A stretch of 64,000 bases of DNA from Bacillota bacterium (GCA_028724585.1 JAQYCQ010000036.1:2693-66692), one strand, 5' to 3'; shown: positions 17,094-28,662, numbered from the stretch's first letter. Numbers and translations: made by a program. Notes: a model not told the origin generated them from the sequence alone.

Positions 17094-18470
17094 TTGAAGA
17101 CGACAGATATAAGCGCGCTGTTCAGGAACAGCGCTGTGTATGGAGGAAAGGACATAGCGGTAAACGGCTGGGTGAGGACAAACAGGGCTTCCGGGAAATT
17201 CGGTTTTCTGGAGATCACAGACGGCAGCTGCTTCCGCGGACTGCAGATAGTATATGAAGAAAAGTTTCTGGATAATTTCAGCGAGATCTCTTCGCTGACG
17301 GCGGGCTGCGCCGTTTCGGCAGAGGGCAGGCTGGAGCTGACTCTGGAAAGCAGGCAGCCGTTTGAGCTTAAGGCTTCTTCCGTAAAGGTGGAGGCTCTGG
17401 CTGACAGCAGCTATCCTCTCCAGAAGAAGAGGCACAGCATGGAATTCCTGAGGGAGATAGCCCATCTGAGACCAAGGAGCAACACTTTTTCGGCTGTATT
17501 CAGAGTCAGGTCGCTTGCTGCGGCTGCTATCCACAGCTTTTTCCAGGAGAGAGGCTTCGTGTATGTGAACACGCCTCTGCTGACTGGAAGCGACGCTGAG
17601 GGCGCCGGCGAAATGTTCCAGGTGACTGCTCTTGATCCGCTCAAGGGAGCGGAGGATTACAGCGGCGACTTTTTCGGCAGGAAAGCGTCGCTTTCTGTAA
17701 GCGGACAGCTGGAGGCAGAGGCCTTTGCGCTCGCTTTCGGCAAGGTCTACACGTTCGGGCCGGCCTTCAGGGCTGAGGATTCTAACACAGCCCGCCACGC
17801 GGCTGAGTTCTGGATGATAGAGCCGGAGATAGCTTTCGCCGACCTTAAGGACGATATGGATCTGGCTGAGGATATGACAAAATATGTCATTAAATACGTT
17901 ATGGATAAAGCGCCGGACGAGTACGAATTTTTCGAAAAGCGCATATCTAAGGGAATCATAGATAAACTCAATAAAGCAGCATCGACAGATTTCGCGAGGA
18001 TCCCTTATACGGACGCGATAGAGATACTGCAGAGATCCGGCGAAGATTTTAAGTTCCCGGTAAGCTGGGGTATAGACCTGCAGACAGAACACGAGCGCTA
18101 TATTTCAGAAAAATACGTCGGCGGGCCGGTCTTCATCACAGACTATCCGAAAGACATAAAAGCCTTCTATATGAGGATGAACGAAGACGGGAAGACCGTC
18201 GCGGCAGCCGATATGCTGGTGCCTGGGATAGGCGAGCTGGTCGGAGGAAGCCAGAGAGAAGAGAGATATGATGTGCTCGTCAGCCGGATGAAGGAGCTGG
18301 GCATGGATATGGAGCCTTACGACTGGTATCTGGACCTCAGAAAATACGGCGGCGTTAAACACGCCGGATTCGGCATAGGCTTCGAGCGTCTGATCATGTA
18401 TCTGACAGGCATGTCCAATATAAGAGACGTTATACCTTTCCCGAGAACACCGGGAAATCTGGAGTTTTAA
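17094..18470 (+). CDS. asnS: Asparagine--tRNA ligase
   Basis: Class IIb aaRS motifs ([25 protein letters not shown]). TTG 17094 lies 6 nt after AGGTGG. GTG 17085, the ORF track start, is the alternative. Confidence 0.92.
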   Translation: MKTTDISALFRNSAVYGGKDIAVNGWVRTNRASGKFGFLEITDGSCFRGLQIVYEEKFLDNFSEISSLTAGCAVSAEGRLELTLESRQPFELKASSVKVEALADSSYPLQKKRHSMEFLREIAHLRPRSNTFSAVFRVRSLAAAAIHSFFQERGFVYVNTPLLTGSDAEGAGEMFQVTALDPLKGAEDYSGDFFGRKASLSVSGQLEAEAFALAFGKVYTFGPAFRAEDSNTARHAAEFWMIEPEIAFADLKDDMDLAEDMTKYVIKYVMDKAPDEYEFFEKRISKGIIDKLNKAASTDFARIPYTDAIEILQRSGEDFKFPVSWGIDLQTEHERYISEKYVGGPVFITDYPKDIKAFYMRMNEDGKTVAAADMLVPGIGELVGGSQREERYDVLVSRMKELGMDMEPYDWYLDLRKYGGVKHAGFGIGFERLIMYLTGMSNIRDVIPFPRTPGNLEF

Positions 18471-18485
18471 CTATCGGAGATATAT

Positions 18486-19166
18486 ATGGAAGAAATGAAA
18501 AAGAAAGCGGTGCTGTTCGACTTCGACGGCACTATCATGGACACGAACGACCTCATAAACAGATCGTGGAGATATACGTTCGAGCAGATAAGCGGCAATG
18601 TACCTTCGGACGAAGTCATATACAGCACATATGGCGAGATCCTCGAGGATACAATGAGGGATTTCTTCGGCGGGACAGATGAGGATATCCAAAAGCACAT
18701 TGAAATTTACAGGAGCTACCACAAGAAGCACTTCGACGAGGATATACATCTCTTCCCGGGGATAAAGGAACTGCTTTCAGATCTTAAAGACAGAGGATAT
18801 ACAGTGGCGCTGGTCACATCACGTCTGGCCCAGACTACCTACAAGGGTCTTGATGACTTCGGAATCAGGGAAATGTTCGACGCTCTGGTGACGGCTGACG
18901 ACACGGATATCCATAAGCCGCAGCCTGAGCCTGCTCTGGCGGCTCTGAGAAAGATCGGCATGAAGCCCGGGGAAGCGGTAATGCTGGGCGATACCTGGAT
19001 GGATATGGAGTGCGCCCGCAGAGCGGGTGTGACACCGGTACTGGCCGGCTGGAGCGAAGCGTATAAATATAGTAAGGAAAAGGTGATGGGGAAACCGGAA
19101 TATACTGTCCATAAGCCGGCGGAATTTCTGGACCTTCTCGATAAGCTGAACGGCGGTGAGAACTGA
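18486..19166 (+). CDS. HAD-superfamily phosphatase (PpaX / phosphoglycolate-phosphatase-like)
   Basis: Contains the DFDGT motif, VTS.., and a late GD...D. Confidence 0.8.
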   Translation: MEEMKKKAVLFDFDGTIMDTNDLINRSWRYTFEQISGNVPSDEVIYSTYGEILEDTMRDFFGGTDEDIQKHIEIYRSYHKKHFDEDIHLFPGIKELLSDLKDRGYTVALVTSRLAQTTYKGLDDFGIREMFDALVTADDTDIHKPQPEPALAALRKIGMKPGEAVMLGDTWMDMECARRAGVTPVLAGWSEAYKYSKEKVMGKPEYTVHKPAEFLDLLDKLNGGEN

Positions 19167-19167
19167 T

Positions 19168-19971
19168 ATGGGAATGGTTTTTATCTCAGAGCTGGCCTGT
19201 GACCAGCTGAAGGACGACCTCAGAAGGGCAGGTCACGAAGTGTTCGAGCTGCTGCCTGGAGACACTGTTTACGAGGCTGTCGCTGCCCATCCGGATATCT
19301 ACATGTGCCGCACTCTTCGCACATTGTCAATAGACGATTCGATAAAGACCCGGCCTGATATCAGGGAGATCTACGACCGCCAGATGGCTGAAAAGCTGGA
19401 CGGCGACTCCGAAACACCGATGATACCGGCAATGAACACGGAAGGGAATACGGCTGTCGTTTTCCAGATGGGAAATATAGGGCCGGAATATCCTTACGAC
19501 GTTCCTTACAACGCGGTCTGCACTGACAAGTATTTTATACACAATCTGGAATACACTTCCCCTATACTCGCGGAAAGAGCGCGGGCAGAGGGTCTGGAGC
19601 TGATAAATGTGAAGCAAGGCTACACTAAATGCTCCTGTATAGTCGTGGGCGGAGCCCTCGTGACAGCGGACCGGGGGATAGCGAATACCATAGAGGCGTA
19701 TAATTCTATGCTCAAGGAGGACGGACAGGAAGAAGACGGCATAGACCTTCTGCTTGTCGAACCAGGCCATGTGAAGCTGCCGGGTTTTGATACAGGATTT
19801 ATAGGCGGGACCAGCGGACAGGTCAGGGACAAGGTCTACTTTAACGGGGATCTGAGCGAGCATCCTGATTTTGAGAAGATAGCTGAGTTCGTCTGGAAGC
19901 ACGGCGCGGAGCCTGTCTGGTACAGCGGCGAGCCGCTCACAGATATAGGGTCCATAATATACATAGACTAA
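19168..19971 (+). CDS. Hypothetical protein, possibly DUF6873/GME-fold-like
   Basis: ATG 19168 lies 7 nt after GGTGAGA. It contains HPDIYMC and GYTKCSC segments. The family call is from memory only. Confidence 0.5.
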   Translation: MGMVFISELACDQLKDDLRRAGHEVFELLPGDTVYEAVAAHPDIYMCRTLRTLSIDDSIKTRPDIREIYDRQMAEKLDGDSETPMIPAMNTEGNTAVVFQMGNIGPEYPYDVPYNAVCTDKYFIHNLEYTSPILAERARAEGLELINVKQGYTKCSCIVVGGALVTADRGIANTIEAYNSMLKEDGQEEDGIDLLLVEPGHVKLPGFDTGFIGGTSGQVRDKVYFNGDLSEHPDFEKIAEFVWKHGAEPVWYSGEPLTDIGSIIYID

Positions 19972-20172
19972 TTACGATATAAAATTTCGGCCGGGAATGG
20001 CGCGGGCTGCCTGGTTTCTGATCACGCAGGACAGACGGCAGCTTAAAGAACAATGATAATTTACTTAAATCATTGAGAAAAAGGCCGTGATGTTGTAATA
20101 TTAAAGCGTTGTAAAACGCCGATAAAAAGGCGTGAATTTATAAAAAGGTTTTTAAGGAGAAAGGAAAGTTAT

Positions 20173-21045
20173 ATGAAAAAGTTCAAGAAGCTCGCAGTAA
20201 TAGCTCTTGCTGCTGCTATGGCTATTTCGATGGCTGCCTGCGGAAGCAGCTCAAGCTCGTCATCATCTTCAGCAGCTTCCTCTGCTGACTCGGCTAATGC
20301 TTCAGCTGAGGCTGGAAATGCGGCAAACGTTAAGGGACAGACTTTTAAGGCTGCCCTCGAGCCTACATTCCCTCCGTTCGATACTTCTGACGACCAGGGC
20401 AATCTCACAGGCCTCGACGTTGACCTCGTAAACGCTATCGCAGAGGACCAGGGCTTTACAGTAGAGTGGGAAAACCTCCAGTTCGACGGACTCATCCCAG
20501 CTCTTCAGTCAGGCAATATCGATATCGTAGCATCAGGCATGAGCATCAATAAGAAGAGAGCTAAACAGGTAGACTTCTCTGACCCTTACTATGATTCAGG
20601 TCTTGTTGTAGCGGTCAAGTCCGACAACGACACTATCAAGAGCGAGAAGGATCTCACTCCTGACATGAAGGTAGCTGCTCAGATCGGAACTACAGGTGCT
20701 CAGGAAGCTCAGAAGCTCAAGGATGACGGCAAGATCGCTGACGTAGTCATTCTCCCTCAGCTCGACACAGCTATGATGCAGCTCATCAACGGAGATGTCC
20801 AGGCTGTTATCAACGACAAGCCTGTAACTGAAGCATATATCGCTAAGCAGCAGGGCAAGATCAAGATGGTCGGAGACGTTATCAACGCTGACTCATACGG
20901 CATCGCTGTACAGAAGGGCAATAAGGATCTCCTGGCTGCTATCAACGCAGGACTCAAGAATGTCAAGGACAACGGCACTTACGACCAGATCGTAAGCCAG
21001 TGGTTCAGCGACACTTCAAGCCTCGCTGAAGGTTCAGCTGAGTAA
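20173..21045 (+). CDS. Polar amino-acid ABC transporter substrate-binding lipoprotein
   Basis: Lipobox AMAISMAAC-G, a Ser-rich linker, and SBP_bac_3-type motifs (GLDVDL..AIA, DI..SGMSI...R). Confidence 0.88.
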   Translation: MKKFKKLAVIALAAAMAISMAACGSSSSSSSSSAASSADSANASAEAGNAANVKGQTFKAALEPTFPPFDTSDDQGNLTGLDVDLVNAIAEDQGFTVEWENLQFDGLIPALQSGNIDIVASGMSINKKRAKQVDFSDPYYDSGLVVAVKSDNDTIKSEKDLTPDMKVAAQIGTTGAQEAQKLKDDGKIADVVILPQLDTAMMQLINGDVQAVINDKPVTEAYIAKQQGKIKMVGDVINADSYGIAVQKGNKDLLAAINAGLKNVKDNGTYDQIVSQWFSDTSSLAEGSAE

Positions 21046-21095
21046 GGCGCGTATTGCGGCCCTCCGGGCAGTAAAACAGAACAAAGCTGATATAC

Positions 21096-21126
21096 ACAGT
21101 TCCGGCCTGGCCGGAACTGTTTTTTT
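21096..21126 (+). terminator. Terminator between the binding-protein and permease genes
   Basis: ACAGTTCCGGCC / GGCCGGAACTGT followed by T6. Confidence 0.8.
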
Positions 21127-21209
21127 GTGGGCGGAGCCCTCGAAAACGGCTTTCTTTAGCCTGAAAACGGTCTTAAATCGCATATTTTACACGCCGAAAC
21201 AACAAATAA

Positions 21210-21238
21210 TTGTCATGAATGATAAAAAGCTGTATAAT
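21210..21238 (+). promoter_or_regulatory. Internal promoter for the permease and ATPase genes
   Basis: TTGTCA, a 17-nt spacer, then TATAAT. Confidence 0.6.
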
Positions 21239-21323
21239 GCATGTTAGTTATGCGGTTCTGCTGGATACGCGGCGCCGCGGCGCAGTAATAGTACAATTTT
21301 TTTCGAACAGGGGTTTTTTTCAC

Positions 21324-22025
21324 ATGGACTATTTGACAGGTATAGTGACGGCGGCCCACGGCATAGGCATGACGCTCTATGTTACCGCGTGCGCGATCCT
21401 GATAGGTATTGTGATCGGTCTGGTGATGGCGCTCTTCAAGATGAGCCATAACATCATTCTCAAGATCATCTCCAATGTCTATATCGAGGTCGTCAGGGGC
21501 ACGCCGCTTTTTGTTCAGATCCTTATCTTCGCGTATGGTATACCGTACCTTGTTACACAGGTATCGGGAGGGTCTGTAAGCTTCAACTGGAAGCCTATCG
21601 TTATCGTGGGCGTGCTGGCGTGCGGACTCAACAGCGGCGCTTATCTCGCCGAGATCATCCGAAGCGGAATACAGGCGGTCAATAAGGGCCAGGAGGAAGC
21701 TTCGAGGTCGCTGGGACTGAGCAGCGGACAGACTATGAGATACGTCATCCTGCCTCAGGCCTTCAGGATCATACTTCCGGCCATGGCCAACGAGTTCGTA
21801 ACTCTCATCAAGGAGACTTCGATACTTTCATATATCGGGATCGTCGAGATCACGAGAGAAGGAATGCTCTGGGCGGCGAGGGATTTCAAGTCCTTCCCGG
21901 CTTATATAGGTGTAGCGATCGTATATATGTGCCTTACCATCCCTCTGTCGAGGCTGGTTGCGTACATGGAGAAGCGTATGGATCCTGCGGCGCCTAAGAC
22001 TAAGAAGAGAAAGCCTGGTATATAA
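21324..22025 (+). CDS. Amino-acid ABC transporter permease
   Basis: His/Glu/Gln/Arg permease signature (EVVRGTPLFVQI, ...EIIRSGIQAV..GQ.EA..SLG). I chose ATG 21324, which gives a typical 233 aa; the RBS is weak. Confidence 0.85.
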   Translation: MDYLTGIVTAAHGIGMTLYVTACAILIGIVIGLVMALFKMSHNIILKIISNVYIEVVRGTPLFVQILIFAYGIPYLVTQVSGGSVSFNWKPIVIVGVLACGLNSGAYLAEIIRSGIQAVNKGQEEASRSLGLSSGQTMRYVILPQAFRIILPAMANEFVTLIKETSILSYIGIVEITREGMLWAARDFKSFPAYIGVAIVYMCLTIPLSRLVAYMEKRMDPAAPKTKKRKPGI

Positions 22026-22742
22026 ATGATAGAGATAAAGAATCTTGTAAAGAGCTTCGGCGACAACGAAGTATTAAAAGGAATAACTGAGACTATCCAT
22101 GACAATGAGGTGGTCTGCGTCATAGGCCCTTCGGGATCAGGAAAGAGTACCTTTTTAAGGTGCATCAACCTGCTGGAGAAGCCGACATCGGGCGAGATCT
22201 ACCTCGACGGAAAACTGATAGAAGAGAAGACTATCAATGAGACCCGCGCCAGAATGGGCATGGTGTTCCAGCAGTTCAACCTCTTCCCTCATAAGTCGGT
22301 GATGGATAACCTGACGCTGGCTCCTATGAAGGTCAAGAACATGAGCAAGGCTGACGCTGAGAAAAAGGCGCAGGAGCTTCTGGAAAAGGTCGGCCTGGGT
22401 GACAGGGGATCCTCTTTCCCTGCTGAGCTTTCCGGAGGACAGCAGCAGCGTGTCGCTATAGCGAGAGCGCTTGCCATGGACCCTGAGATCATGCTCTTCG
22501 ATGAGCCTACCTCCGCGCTCGACCCTGAGATGGTAGGGGAAGTTCTCGAGGTTATGAAAGATCTGGCTGCCCAGGGTATGACGATGGTCATAGTCACACA
22601 TGAGATGGGATTCGCGAGAGAGGCCGCGGACAGGGTCTTCTTTATGGACCAGGGCTATGTCATGGAACAGGGTACTCCTGACGAGGTCTTTGGAAATCCA
22701 CAGAACGAGAGGACCAAGAGCTTCCTGAGCAAAGTGCTCTAG
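22026..22742 (+). CDS. Amino-acid ABC transporter ATP-binding protein
   Basis: [24 protein letters not shown] and [10 protein letters not shown]. Confidence 0.93.
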   Translation: MIEIKNLVKSFGDNEVLKGITETIHDNEVVCVIGPSGSGKSTFLRCINLLEKPTSGEIYLDGKLIEEKTINETRARMGMVFQQFNLFPHKSVMDNLTLAPMKVKNMSKADAEKKAQELLEKVGLGDRGSSFPAELSGGQQQRVAIARALAMDPEIMLFDEPTSALDPEMVGEVLEVMKDLAAQGMTMVIVTHEMGFAREAADRVFFMDQGYVMEQGTPDEVFGNPQNERTKSFLSKVL

Positions 22743-22803
22743 AGGCTGTAATGACGCGGATCATCCATATGATGAACATCTGTTTAGAAGGGAGATAGTA
22801 CGG

Positions 22804-24501
22804 GTGAAGATAAGATTCTGCGGCGCTGCCGATGGAGTTACCGGCTCGTGCCACCTGATAGAGACCGATAAATACAAGTTTCTGCTGGACTGCGGCATGT
22901 TCCAGGGCGGGCGCAGGAATGAGGAGCGCAATAAGGTTCCTTTTCCGTTCAATCCGAGCGATATCGATTTCGTGATACTGAGTCACGCCCATGTTGACCA
23001 CTGCGGCAGGCTGCCGCTGCTGGTCAAGCAGGGCTTCAGGTCTCAGATCTACTGTACGGACGCGACAGTCGACCTGGCTGACCTGATCCTCAGGGACAGC
23101 GCCTACATCAATCAGCGCGAGGTCGAGTACAGAAATAAAAAGAACCACCGTCTGGGGCGAAAGCTGGAGGAACCGGTCTATACGATCAACGATGCTATCG
23201 AGGCGGTAAAATATCTCACGCCTGTCTTTTACGGGCAAAAAAAAGAGATACGTGACGGCATAACGGTCAGGTTCAGCGAAGCCGGTCATATGCTGGGTTC
23301 GTCTATCATAGAGCTCTGGATCGACGAGACGGATAAAAACGGACATATCGAGACTACAAAGCTCGTCTTCAGCGGCGACCTGGGAACGGTCGGCAGGCCT
23401 ATCCTCAGGGATCCGGAACTGATCAGCGAAGCGGACGCTGTCATCATGGAAACCACCTACGGCGACAGGCTCCATCCTACGACGAACAGCGGAATAGAAG
23501 ACCTGAGCAAGGCGGTCCAGAAGACCATAAAGCGCGGAGGGACCGCGGTCATTCCGGCCTTTGCGGTAGGCAGGACTCAGGATATAGTCTATTATTTCAA
23601 CAGGCTGTTTGATGAAGACCCTGATTTCGCGAAGACGATGAAGGATATAAAGTTCTATGTCGACAGCCCTATGGCGGAATCAGCCACTGAGGTGTTTAAA
23701 AAGAACGCTCAGGATTACGACGAGGAATCCAGAGAGCTGCTCCTTGAGGGAAAGAACCCGCTCAACTTTAAAAATCTGGTATTCGTCAAAGACGTTTTCG
23801 AGTCTCAGGCGCTCAATCACGACAGCAGCCCTAAGGTCATAATATCGGCAAGCGGTATGTGCGAAGCGGGCAGGATAAAGCATCACCTCAAGCACAACCT
23901 CTGGGATTCGAGGAACAGCATAATCTTCGTAGGTTATCAGGCGGAGGGCACTCTGGGCCGTTCTATAATCGACGGGCAGAAGGACATAAAGATCTTCGGA
24001 GAACCTATACACATAGCCGCTGAGATAATCAACCTGAGAGGATTTTCAGGACACGCGGACAGGGACGGGCTCTACAAATGGATCACCTCGTTCAATCCAG
24101 TACCGGAAAAGATCTTCCTGGTACATGGAGAACAGGAATCAAAGAAGGCCTTTGCTGAATATCTGAAGGAAAAAGCGGGTATAAATGCAATTGCGGTCAT
24201 GGGCGAGAGTACGACTGACCTTTCGGCAGGAGAAGGCCTTAAGAAAGTCCGCGTAAATGAACAGAACGCGAAGATGGACGAGCTCATAAGTATGAGAGAT
24301 AAGCTCGCTCAGGTCCATCACGGGCTCGAGCACATCCTGTACACCACCACGCTCGCTGCTGATGAAAGCATGACTGACGAGCGCATCAACAGGATAAACG
24401 AGATCATACTTAATCTTGAAAAGGACACCCTCAATCTGGGATCGGCAGTGACCGATATGGGAGAGCCCGGCGCTTATGAGGTCGGGGAAGACCAGAAATA
24501 G
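22804..24501 (+). CDS. MBL-fold beta-CASP family hydrolase (RNA-metabolising type)
   Basis: HAHVDHCG, the beta-CASP segment and a late SGHAD motif. GTG start after AAGGGAGA, with a ~100-aa C-terminal extension. Confidence 0.8.
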   Translation: MKIRFCGAADGVTGSCHLIETDKYKFLLDCGMFQGGRRNEERNKVPFPFNPSDIDFVILSHAHVDHCGRLPLLVKQGFRSQIYCTDATVDLADLILRDSAYINQREVEYRNKKNHRLGRKLEEPVYTINDAIEAVKYLTPVFYGQKKEIRDGITVRFSEAGHMLGSSIIELWIDETDKNGHIETTKLVFSGDLGTVGRPILRDPELISEADAVIMETTYGDRLHPTTNSGIEDLSKAVQKTIKRGGTAVIPAFAVGRTQDIVYYFNRLFDEDPDFAKTMKDIKFYVDSPMAESATEVFKKNAQDYDEESRELLLEGKNPLNFKNLVFVKDVFESQALNHDSSPKVIISASGMCEAGRIKHHLKHNLWDSRNSIIFVGYQAEGTLGRSIIDGQKDIKIFGEPIHIAAEIINLRGFSGHADRDGLYKWITSFNPVPEKIFLVHGEQESKKAFAEYLKEKAGINAIAVMGESTTDLSAGEGLKKVRVNEQNAKMDELISMRDKLAQVHHGLEHILYTTTLAADESMTDERINRINEIILNLEKDTLNLGSAVTDMGEPGAYEVGEDQK

Positions 24502-24611
24502 AGGGCCGCGCTTGTGTTTGCGGTTTCGCTGTGATATACTTCATCGGTATATTTTGCGTTTGCCGGCTCTGAATGCTATACGTCAGAGAAAGACCGGCGG
24601 GAGGAGACCAT

Positions 24612-25235
24612 ATGGAAATTGAGCTGAAATACGGGATACCGGACCCGGCGATCATAGACAGCCTCTGGAAAGAGGAAGTGTTCGGCGGATACGGGTCAGT
24701 AGATAAAAATACCATGATCTCTATGTCTGCGACTTACTATGACACCAGAGAAGGTGATCTGAGGAAAGCGAAAGCTGCCTTCAGGATCCGCAGAGAGGGA
24801 GACCAGCCGGTAGCTACGCTCAAATGGAATGACAGCGTGCGCGAAGGACTCTTCGAACGCGAAGAACTGAACATAAATCTGACAGACAGCGACTGCGATG
24901 CGCCGACGCTCAAGAAATTCGCGGAGAGCGAGAGCGCGGTGCCGCTTATAGAAACTGTAGGTGACAGGCCGCTCATACCTGTGATAAAGACAAACTTTAC
25001 ACGCAGGATAATGAGGATAGATACAGGTACCACGATATTTGAAGCCGATCTTGATACCGGCATCATTATAACATCAAAGAAGAACCTGGACATATGCGAG
25101 CTGGAGATCGAGCTTTATTCAGGAAGCCGAGAAGAGCTCGTGCATATCGGAGAGGATCTTGCGAAGCGCTTCGGCCTTATTCCCGGCGTAAAATCAAAGT
25201 ACCAGCGCGGGATAGAAGCGTGCGATGAAAAATAA
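24612..25235 (+). CDS. CYTH-domain protein (triphosphate tunnel metalloenzyme)
   Basis: The protein starts MEIELKY (the ExExK signature). GGGAGGAG RBS. Confidence 0.8.
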   Translation: MEIELKYGIPDPAIIDSLWKEEVFGGYGSVDKNTMISMSATYYDTREGDLRKAKAAFRIRREGDQPVATLKWNDSVREGLFEREELNINLTDSDCDAPTLKKFAESESAVPLIETVGDRPLIPVIKTNFTRRIMRIDTGTTIFEADLDTGIIITSKKNLDICELEIELYSGSREELVHIGEDLAKRFGLIPGVKSKYQRGIEACDEK

Positions 25236-25282
25236 AAAGTATAATTTCAAAACCATTTAATATTTTGGGAGGAAAAATACCA

Positions 25283-26677
25283 ATGAAGGCAGAATTCTTA
25301 AACAGAGATGTAAACACTATCAGCTTAGACATGGAAGTTACTGCTGATGAGTTTGAAGACGCTATTAATGCGGTATATTTAAGAAATAAGAGCCAGATCA
25401 CTGTTCCGGGATTCAGAAAGGGCAAAGCTCCTAGAAGGATCATCGAAAACAACTACGGCAAGGGCATCTTCCTTGAAGACGCTGTAACTGATGTATTCAA
25501 CAAGTTCTATCCGGAAGCTATCGAAGAAGTAGGCTACGAGCCGGTAGACCATCCTGAGATCGACCTCGGCGACCAGGAAGTAAAGTCAGGAAACGGAATC
25601 GTATTCCACGTAAAGTACCTGACAGAGCCTGAAGTACATCTCGAAAGATACAAGGGCGTAGAAGTAGAAGTGCCTGAGATCGAAGTTTCGAACAGGGACA
25701 TTGAAAACGCTCTTAACGGATTCGCTATGAGAAACGCGAGACTCGTACACGCAGACAGAGAAGTAAGAATGAACGACACAGTCGTTCTCGACTATAAGGG
25801 ATTCCTCGAAGACGGTACTCAGTTCGAAGGCGGCACTGCTGAGAACTATAAGCTCAAGATCGGTTCCAACGCATTCATCCCTGGCTTCGAAGACCAGCTC
25901 ATCGGAGCAGAGCCTGATGAAGAGAGGACTGTAGAAGTTAAGTTCCCTGAAAACTACCACGCTGAAGAACTTCAGGACAAGGTAGCTAAGTTTGACTGCA
26001 AGATCAAAGAAGTCCTCGAGGAAGAGCTTCCTCCTATCGACGACGACCTCGCGAGAGAGTGCAGCGAATTCGATACTCTCGACGAATGGAAGGAAGATAT
26101 CAGGAAGAATATCAAAGAGAGCAGAGAGACTCAGAGAAGAGACCACATCAAGAACGAGGCTGTAAAGGTATTATACGATGAAGCTGTTATCGACATCCCT
26201 GAAGTGATGATCGACCATGAAGTCGACAACCTTCTCCAGCAGTTTGACCAGCAGCTCAGCTACAGCGGCATGAGCCTTGACGAATATCTCTCAGCTACTC
26301 AGGACAGCATCGACAACTTCAAGGATACTGTAAGAGGCGACGCTGAAAGAAAGGTAAGATCAAACCTCGTCGTTCAGGAAGTAGCGAGACAGGAAGGCTT
26401 CAGTGCTACTGACGAAGAAGTTGACGCTGAGCTCGAGAGGATGAGCCACCAGTACGGAGTAACTGCTGACAAGATGAAAGAGATGGTAGGCCCTGATATC
26501 AGGATCATCAGAAAGGACATCGCTTCCAAGAAAGCTCTCGATGTCATCGCTGACAACGCTGTAGTTACAGAGATCCCTGTAATGCCTGAGGACGGACTCG
26601 AAGAAAAAGAAGCAACTAAGGAAGAAGCTGCTGTAGCGGCAGCTGAAGCTGAACCTGCTGAGACTCCGGCAGAATAA
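25283..26677 (+). CDS. tig: Trigger factor
   Basis: GFRKGKAPR and an FKBP-type middle domain (GF..QLIG). ATG 25283 follows GGGAGG. Confidence 0.93.
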   Translation: MKAEFLNRDVNTISLDMEVTADEFEDAINAVYLRNKSQITVPGFRKGKAPRRIIENNYGKGIFLEDAVTDVFNKFYPEAIEEVGYEPVDHPEIDLGDQEVKSGNGIVFHVKYLTEPEVHLERYKGVEVEVPEIEVSNRDIENALNGFAMRNARLVHADREVRMNDTVVLDYKGFLEDGTQFEGGTAENYKLKIGSNAFIPGFEDQLIGAEPDEERTVEVKFPENYHAEELQDKVAKFDCKIKEVLEEELPPIDDDLARECSEFDTLDEWKEDIRKNIKESRETQRRDHIKNEAVKVLYDEAVIDIPEVMIDHEVDNLLQQFDQQLSYSGMSLDEYLSATQDSIDNFKDTVRGDAERKVRSNLVVQEVARQEGFSATDEEVDAELERMSHQYGVTADKMKEMVGPDIRIIRKDIASKKALDVIADNAVVTEIPVMPEDGLEEKEATKEEAAVAAAEAEPAETPAE

Positions 26678-26722
26678 TAAAGCCGGACCGCGGGCGAAAG
26701 CGGAACATAAGAAGGAGATCAA

Positions 26723-27307
26723 ATGGCATTAATACCTATGGTAGTTGAACAGACTTCATATGGCGAACGTTCATATGATATCTACTCAAGACTGCTGAAG
26801 GACAGAATTATTTTTCTGAGCGAAGAAGTAAATGATCATACAGCGAGCCTTATCGTAGCTCAGCTGCTGTTCCTGGAATCGGAGGATCCGGACGCTGATA
26901 TCAGTTTCTATATCAACAGCCCGGGAGGTGTGATCACTTCCGGCATGGCTATCTATGATACCATGCAGTATATAAAGCCTGATGTGTCCACTATCTGCGT
27001 AGGCATGGCGGCAAGCATGGCGTCATTCCTGCTGGCAGCCGGAGCAAAGGGCAAGAGATACGCTCTCCCGAACGCGGAGATAATGATCCATCAGCCGCTC
27101 GGAGGAATGCAGGGACAGGCATCCGATCTCAAGATACACGCGGATCATATCATCAGAATCCGGGAAAAGATGAACAAAATACTGGCTGCTAATACAGGAC
27201 AGAGGCTTTCGAAGGTTGAGAAGGATACAGACAGAGACAACTTCCTTACGGCTGAAGAAGCTCTCGATTACGGTCTGATAGACAGCATTATCACATCAAG
27301 AGACTAG
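26723..27307 (+). CDS. clpP: ATP-dependent Clp protease proteolytic subunit
   Basis: [11 protein letters not shown], the GMAASMA active-site Ser, and IHQPLGG. Confidence 0.96.
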   Translation: MALIPMVVEQTSYGERSYDIYSRLLKDRIIFLSEEVNDHTASLIVAQLLFLESEDPDADISFYINSPGGVITSGMAIYDTMQYIKPDVSTICVGMAASMASFLLAAGAKGKRYALPNAEIMIHQPLGGMQGQASDLKIHADHIIRIREKMNKILAANTGQRLSKVEKDTDRDNFLTAEEALDYGLIDSIITSRD

Positions 27308-27369
27308 TTCCCATATGGCGTCGGCCATGTCGGCGCCTTAAGTGATAATTAGATAAGGAGAAAAGATTA

Positions 27370-28647
27370 ATGGCCAGATACGATGACTCAAAACAGCTTA
27401 AGTGCTCATTCTGCGGCAAGACGCAGGATCAGGTACGAAGGCTCGTAGCCGGACCGGGTGTATATATCTGCGATGAATGCATCGCTCTCTGCAATGACAT
27501 CATAAATGAAGAATTCGCTGTTTCCGGCGATGACGCGGAAGCCGCTGCTCTCCCGCAGGAGCTCCCAAAGCCTAGGGAAATAGCTGAAAAGCTTTCAGAG
27601 TATGTCATTGACCAGGACGAAGCAAAGAAAGACCTGGCGGTTGCGGTATACAACCACTACAAGAGGATAAACAGCATAAACGACGGAGATGATGACGTAG
27701 AGCTCCAGAAGAGCAATATACTCATGATCGGACCTACAGGATCAGGAAAGACGCTGCTCGCACAGACTCTGGCGAAGATACTCGACGTACCTTTCGCTAT
27801 TGCGGACGCTACAGCCCTTACCGAAGCCGGATATGTAGGCGAGGATGTCGAAAATATACTCCTGAAGCTCATTCAGGCAGCTGATTTCGATATCGAAAGA
27901 GCTCAGAAGGGCATCATATATATCGACGAGATAGATAAGATCGCCAGAAAATCAGAGAACGTATCGATCACCAGAGATGTAAGCGGCGAAGGCGTACAGC
28001 AGGCGCTGCTGAAGATCCTGGAAGGCACAGTGGCCAGCGTCCCTCCTCAGGGAGGCCGCAAGCACCCTCATCAGGATTTCATCCAGATCGACACTACTAA
28101 TATACTGTTCATCTGCGGAGGCGCGTTCGACGGACTTTCAAAAGTCATCCAGCGCCGCGTAGGGGAAAAGACTATCGGATTCAACTCAAACGTAAAGTCT
28201 GACAAAGAGATCGAGGCAGAGGCACTCACGCATCTTACTCCTGAAGATCTGCTGAAATACGGTCTTATCCCTGAGTTCATCGGCAGACTGCCGGTGCTCG
28301 TAACTCTTCAGGAACTTGGAACAGATGCTCTTGTCAGGATCATCAATGAACCTAAAAACGCACTTTTGAAGCAGTACAAGAAGCTGTTCTCTATGGATAA
28401 TGTTGAGCTCGAGATAGAGGATGACGCTGTCAGAGAGATAGCAAACAAAGCTATAGAGCGTAAAACGGGAGCACGAGGACTCAGAAGCATCATGGAGGCT
28501 CTCATGACCGACATAATGTTTGAGATCCCATCCCGAAACGACATTAGAAAATGCATCATCACAAAGGAAACGGTCGATAAGGAAACAGAACCGACACTTA
28601 TCCTCGGTGATGAAGAAGCAGCACAGGACGATTCAAAAGGGGCATAA
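27370..28647 (+). CDS. clpX: ATP-dependent Clp protease ATP-binding subunit ClpX
   Basis: Zinc finger CSFCGK...CDEC, Walker A GPTGSGKT, and IYIDEIDK. Confidence 0.96.
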   Translation: MARYDDSKQLKCSFCGKTQDQVRRLVAGPGVYICDECIALCNDIINEEFAVSGDDAEAAALPQELPKPREIAEKLSEYVIDQDEAKKDLAVAVYNHYKRINSINDGDDDVELQKSNILMIGPTGSGKTLLAQTLAKILDVPFAIADATALTEAGYVGEDVENILLKLIQAADFDIERAQKGIIYIDEIDKIARKSENVSITRDVSGEGVQQALLKILEGTVASVPPQGGRKHPHQDFIQIDTTNILFICGGAFDGLSKVIQRRVGEKTIGFNSNVKSDKEIEAEALTHLTPEDLLKYGLIPEFIGRLPVLVTLQELGTDALVRIINEPKNALLKQYKKLFSMDNVELEIEDDAVREIANKAIERKTGARGLRSIMEALMTDIMFEIPSRNDIRKCIITKETVDKETEPTLILGDEEAAQDDSKGA

Positions 28648-28662
28648 TATGCCCCTTTTTTT
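28635..28662 (+). terminator. Terminator overlapping the clpX stop codon
   Basis: AAAGGGGCAT-aat-ATGCCCCTTT followed by Ts. Confidence 0.7.

Noticed and set aside
17058-18092. Long antisense ORFs opposite real genes (17058-18092 -, 22660-23475 -, 36729-37694 -, 38018-38656 +, 38687-39313 +, 45046-45906 -, 47592-48404 -, 53729-55135 -, 60510-61277 -, 62834-63868 -)
   Set aside because: Each lies fully opposite a gene with unambiguous family motifs. Their translations are Arg/His/Val/Leu-rich with no motifs and no RBS, which is the typical shadow-ORF pattern in GC-biased codon usage.
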